From NCBI GenBank assembly GCA_963667175.2, contig CAXXXF010000012.1, positions 64,001-128,000 of the forward strand: a stretch of DNA of 64,000 nt. The letters are read 5' to 3'. The notes under the pieces were generated by a model, which did not search any database, was not told where the DNA came from, and worked only from the letters and a program-made list of their open reading frames with translations. The position numbers were made by a program, and so were the translations under genes. This document shows positions 59,284-64,000 of this stretch, piece after piece. Position 1 is the first letter of the stretch. Every line of letters starts with the position of its first letter. The stretch comes from Candidatus Latescibacterota bacterium. GTDB taxonomy: Bacteria > Latescibacterota > UBA2968 > GCA-2709665.

Positions 59284-62200
59284 GCATTTATCGGCGGAAG
59301 ACCGACGTTTTCGAGACCCTCGTCGGGGACCTCCTCGGCATCCCTCTCCAGAGACACCGCCTGGACCTCGCGATACCGTTCCGAACCGGTCCCAGCCGGA
59401 ATCAGGTGCCCTATGATCACGTTTTCCTTCAATCCGAGCAGGCCGTCCATCTTGCCCTGAACGGAAGCCTCCGTCAAGACGCGCGTGGTCTCCTGGAACG
59501 ACGCGGCTGAAATAAAGCTGTCGGTCATCAGCGAGGCCCTAGTAATGCCCAGCAACACCGGGTGGAACGTGGCCGGATCGCCGCCTTCGGCAATCACCTT
59601 GTCGTTTTCGTCGCGGAAGCGGAAGCGGTCTACCGTTTCTCCTTCCAGGAAATTGGTATCGCCCGGATCCGTAACCTGGACCTTTTGCAGCATCTGGCGA
59701 ACGATGCACTCGATATGCTTGTCGTTGATCCGGACGCCCTGCATGCGATACACGGCCTGGATCTCGTTCACCAGATATTCCTGCACCGCCTGAATACCCT
59801 GAATCTGCAATATGTCGTGCGGATTCACCGACCCTTCGGAAAGCTGTTCGCCGGCCTGCACCCGGTCGTTTTCCTGAACCCGGAGGTGTTTTCCATAGGG
59901 AATCGTATATTTCCGCTCTTCTCCGTCGTCAGACGTGACGATCACCGTCCTGGAACCCCGAACGAGTCCGCCGAAACTGACTGTACCGTCGATTTCCGTG
60001 ACCACGGCGGGATCCTTGGGGCGCCGCGCCTCGAAGAGTTCCGCGACGCGGGGCAGCCCGCCGGTGATGTCCCGCGTCTTGCTGCGTTCACGGGGGATCT
60101 TCGCCAGGGTATCGCCGGCGCCGATCCGGTCCTCGTCGCGCACCACGAGACGAGCGCCTACGGGAATAATGTAGTGGCCGACTTCATCGCCCGCGGCGTC
60201 GACAATGCGAATTCGCGGAGAGAGCGTACGGTCGCGGTGCTCGGTAACCACCTGTGCCGCCAGACCCGTGGTCTCATCGGCCTCTTCGCGGTAAGTTACC
60301 CCTTCGACAAGGTCGACGAATTCGACGATGCCCGGCCGGTTGGAGACGATAATATTGTTGTAGGGATCCCATTCGTACAGAACCTGGCTCTCGTCCACCG
60401 TCTGCTCGTGCTCGACTTTCAACACGGCGCCGTAGGGCACGTAATAGTGACCGCCCCGGGGACGTCCCTGATCGTCCTGTACATCGAACTCGCCGTTTCT
60501 GCCGACCGCAATGCGCTGCCCGTCGCTGCGGGTAACGCAGTCGATGTTGATGAACCGCACCATGCCGGCCCGCTTGGCGACGATTTCGGCCTGCTCCGCG
60601 ATTCGGCTGGATGTGCCGCCGATATGGAAGGTACGGAGCGTGAGCTGGGTGCCGGGCTCACCGACGCTCTGTGCGGCAATCACTCCGACTGCCTCGCCGA
60701 TGTCGACGAGCCTTCCAGTGGCGAGATTACGACCATAGCACTTGGCGCAGATGCCCCGCCGGGCTTCGCACGTCAGTACCGAACGCACGTTCACTCGTTC
60801 CACGCCCGCATCGGCGATTCTGGCGGCGGTCGCCTCGTCGAGCAGCATACCGCTTTCCACGATGATCTCGCCTCCAATTGGATCGTAAACATCCTCCAAC
60901 AGGGTTCGGCCGACGATGCGATCCGCCAGGGGCTCGACCACCTCCTCGCCCTCTTTGAGCGCTTCGAGTTCAATGCCCATGATCGTGCCGCAGTCGCCTT
61001 CGTTGATCACGCCGTCCTGCGCCACGTCCACCATACGGCGGGTAAGGTACCCTGCCTCAGCGGTTTTCAGCGCCGTATCGGCCAGCCCCTTTCTCGCCCC
61101 GTGCGTGGATATGAAGTACTCCAGTACCGAAAGGCCCTCTTTAAAGGAGGCAACGATGGGCGTTTCGATGATTTCCCCGATCGCTCCGGTGAGCTTCTTC
61201 TGGGGTTTGTTCATCAGCCCGCGCATACCGCCCAGCTGTTTCACCTGATCATCGCTGCCGCGAGCGCCGGAGTCTTTCATGATGTAGATGGAGTTGAAAC
61301 CCGCCTCGGAATGCTCAAGCGCCTCGTTCATCATTTCGGCGATATTGTTCGTGGTGTGCTGCCAGACGTCGATGACCTTGTTGTATCGCTCGCCCTCGGT
61401 GATGACGCCGTGGACGTACTGCTGCAGGATTCGATCGACCTCGCCTTTGGCTCTGTCGATGAGTTCCTGTTTCCTGGGCGGAACCACGACGTCGTCCATC
61501 GAGACAGTCACGCCGGACTGGGTGGCGTAGTCGTAACCCAGGCGCTTCAGGCCGTCGGCGAATTCCACGGTTGCCCGATTGCCGAATCGCCGATGGACGT
61601 CGGTGGTTACTTTCTGTATCACCGGCTTGTCAACCATCTGATTGATAAAGGGCATCCCGTCGGGCAGGATCTCGTTGAAAATCACCTGGCCTACGGTGGT
61701 CGTCAGCAGTTCGCCGTCGACCCGGACACGAATGGCTTCGTGAAGGTCGATCTTGCCGTAATCGTGCGCAATTAGCGCTTCATTGGGGCTTCCGAACGCC
61801 TTGAGTTGCTTCCCGTCGGGCTGCTGGACGATTTTGGTCAGATAATAACAGCCCATGGCGATGTCCTGCGGGTTGTGCACGATCACCGCCGATCCGTCCG
61901 CCGGCTTGAGCATATTGTTCGCGGACATGATCAGGATTCGGGCTTCGATCTGCGCCTCGAATGACAGGGGCACGTGGACGGCCATCTGGTCGCCGTCGAA
62001 GTCAGCATTGAACGCCGCGCACACCAGAGGATGAATTCGAATCGCCTTTCCTTCCACAAGCACGGGCTGGAACGCCTGGATGCCCAGCCGATGCAGCGTG
62101 GGCGCACGGTTCAGCAGGACGTAGTGATCCTGAATGATGTCTTCGAGAATGTCCCATACCTCGACCCGTTCGCGCTCGACCAGCTTTTTCGCGCTCTTCA

Positions 62201-63368
62201 CGGTCTGGACCAATCCACGCTCTTCCAGTTTTTTGATGATAAACGGCTTGAACAATTCAAGCGCCATGTGCTTCGGAAGCCCGCATTGATGCAGCCTGAG
62301 ATTGGGGTCGACGACGATGACCGACCGGCCGGAATAGTCAACCCGCTTGCCGAGCAGATTCTGGCGGAAGCGGCCCTGTTTTCCCTTGAGCAGATCGGAG
62401 AGCGACTTCAGGGAACGGTTGCCGTCGCCGCGCACTGCGCGAGACCTGCGACCATTGTCGAAGAGCGCGTCGACAGCCTCCTGAAGCATGCGTTTCTCGT
62501 TGCGGAGGATTACTTCCGGCGCTTTGATTTCGATCAGTTTCTTCAACCTGTTGTTTCGGTTGATGACCCTGCGGTAAAGATCGTTCAGATCGGACGTGGC
62601 AAACCGCCCGCCCTCCAGAGGGACCAGCGGTCGAAGGTCCGGTGGAATCACGGGAATGACGTCCAGAATCATCCAGGACGGGTGATTGTCGGACTGCCGA
62701 AACGCCTCGACGACCTTGAGCCGTTTCAACGCCTCCTGTTTACGCTGAACGGAGGTTTCCATGCGCGCCTGTGTGCGCAACTCGGCGGAAAGTTCCTCAA
62801 CGTCAATTTCGCTGAGCAGTTTTCTGAGCGCGACCGCGCCCATGTCTGCGGTAAAGTTGTATCCCTTCGCTTCAAGTTCAAATGCCTCGTCTTCGGAGAG
62901 AAGGTCCTTATACTTCAGATCGGGCGCGTCGCCCGGATCCAATACAACGTAAGACTCGTAATAGATGATCCGTTCAAGATTGCGAATGGTGATGTCCAGC
63001 AGATAGCCCATGCGGGAAGGCAGCGACTTGAAGAACCAGATGTGCGAAACCGGCACCGCCAGTTCGATATGGCCCAGACGCTCGCGTCGCACCTTGGACT
63101 GGGTGACTTCGACGCCGCACCGGTCGCAAACCACGCCCCGGTAGCGAATCCTCTTGTATTTGCCGCAGCTGCATTCCCAATCTTTGACCGGACCGAAGAT
63201 GCGTTCGCAGAAGAGACCGTCGCGTTCCGGCTTGAACGAGCGGTAATTGATGGTTTCCGGCTTGGTCACCTCACCGCGGGACCAGCCCTGAATCGTTTCC
63301 GGAGAAGCCAGCTGAATACGGATCGAATTGAACTCTGTGGGCCGCTTGGAAGTGTTGATGTCCGCCAC
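59280..63368 (-). CDS. rpoC: RNA polymerase beta' subunit
   Basis: Zn finger, [23 protein letters not shown]. Confidence 0.99.
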   Translation of the reverse strand: MADINTSKRPTEFNSIRIQLASPETIQGWSRGEVTKPETINYRSFKPERDGLFCERIFGPVKDWECSCGKYKRIRYRGVVCDRCGVEVTQSKVRRERLGHIELAVPVSHIWFFKSLPSRMGYLLDITIRNLERIIYYESYVVLDPGDAPDLKYKDLLSEDEAFELEAKGYNFTADMGAVALRKLLSEIDVEELSAELRTQARMETSVQRKQEALKRLKVVEAFRQSDNHPSWMILDVIPVIPPDLRPLVPLEGGRFATSDLNDLYRRVINRNNRLKKLIEIKAPEVILRNEKRMLQEAVDALFDNGRRSRAVRGDGNRSLKSLSDLLKGKQGRFRQNLLGKRVDYSGRSVIVVDPNLRLHQCGLPKHMALELFKPFIIKKLEERGLVQTVKSAKKLVERERVEVWDILEDIIQDHYVLLNRAPTLHRLGIQAFQPVLVEGKAIRIHPLVCAAFNADFDGDQMAVHVPLSFEAQIEARILIMSANNMLKPADGSAVIVHNPQDIAMGCYYLTKIVQQPDGKQLKAFGSPNEALIAHDYGKIDLHEAIRVRVDGELLTTTVGQVIFNEILPDGMPFINQMVDKPVIQKVTTDVHRRFGNRATVEFADGLKRLGYDYATQSGVTVSMDDVVVPPRKQELIDRAKGEVDRILQQYVHGVITEGERYNKVIDVWQHTTNNIAEMMNEALEHSEAGFNSIYIMKDSGARGSDDQVKQLGGMRGLMNKPQKKLTGAIGEIIETPIVASFKEGLSVLEYFISTHGARKGLADTALKTAEAGYLTRRMVDVAQDGVINEGDCGTIMGIELEALKEGEEVVEPLADRIVGRTLLEDVYDPIGGEIIVESGMLLDEATAARIADAGVERVNVRSVLTCEARRGICAKCYGRNLATGRLVDIGEAVGVIAAQSVGEPGTQLTLRTFHIGGTSSRIAEQAEIVAKRAGMVRFINIDCVTRSDGQRIAVGRNGEFDVQDDQGRPRGGHYYVPYGAVLKVEHEQTVDESQVLYEWDPYNNIIVSNRPGIVEFVDLVEGVTYREEADETTGLAAQVVTEHRDRTLSPRIRIVDAAGDEVGHYIIPVGARLVVRDEDRIGAGDTLAKIPRERSKTRDITGGLPRVAELFEARRPKDPAVVTEIDGTVSFGGLVRGSRTVIVTSDDGEERKYTIPYGKHLRVQENDRVQAGEQLSEGSVNPHDILQIQGIQAVQEYLVNEIQAVYRMQGVRINDKHIECIVRQMLQKVQVTDPGDTNFLEGETVDRFRFRDENDKVIAEGGDPATFHPVLLGITRASLMTDSFISAASFQETTRVLTEASVQGKMDGLLGLKENVIIGHLIPAGTGSERYREVQAVSLERDAEEVPDEGLENVGLPPINA

Positions 63369-63644
63369 GGGCCTTACCCCCTTTTTGCGATCGAAATTCT
63401 AACCTCGATTCGTCATTTTTCGGGAACGTTAATTCGAATATACGCGATTGAATAAAGGCAATTTGACGTCGGATTTCCACGAACCTTCAGGTCACTGGAC
63501 GTGAACGGAGAAAACGTCGCCCAGGACGACCTTTACGCCCGGTTTCGCGCCGCTACCCCTTGTGCCGATTGTGCTTTTTGTGGCTGATTTAACGGTTGTC
63601 TCTTTTCGAATTGAGGCCAAAAGTGACAACCCGGCCAGTGAACG

Positions 63645-64000
<356 letters not shown>

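Noticed and set aside
59562-63455. Long plus-strand ORFs (737 aa, 493 aa) opposite rpoC, and similar ones opposite purL, tuf and r-protein genes
   Set aside because: Antisense shadow frames expected from GC-rich codon bias; no recognisable motifs

Overview
GC-rich bacterial chromosomal window with no rRNA, tRNA, CRISPR array, prophage or transposase gene that I can see. An RpoC insertion ([15 protein letters not shown]) suggests the FCB/Gemmatimonadota/Latescibacterota group (inference). From ~40.5 kb to the end lies the rpoB-rpoC-str-S10-spc-alpha superoperon on the minus strand. It lacks adk-map-infA after secY and extends past rplQ into a GHL10 glycoside hydrolase and rlmD. The first 13.5 kb is a co-oriented catabolic cluster: four unrelated amide hydrolases, a CoA-transferase, dehydrogenases, an enolase-superfamily enzyme and a GH38 homologue lacking its catalytic residues. 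The middle holds housekeeping genes (bamD-nadD-zapA, rbsK, purL-folD, adk, greA) and a beta-propeller/SpoIIE sensor phosphatase. Most notable: (i) two MITE-like elements with unrelated ends share a CAAGGCG-N37/38-GCAACGCCG cruciform core, and both sit exactly on TAG stop codons, one between tuf and rpsJ; (ii) the GH38 pseudoenzyme; (iii) substitutions in antibiotic-contact loops of S12 (K88R, G92S), S10 and S5; (iv) an orphan sigma70 promoter that may drive an sRNA; (v) a self-contained 61-aa protein gene ending in a 26-bp perfect hairpin.
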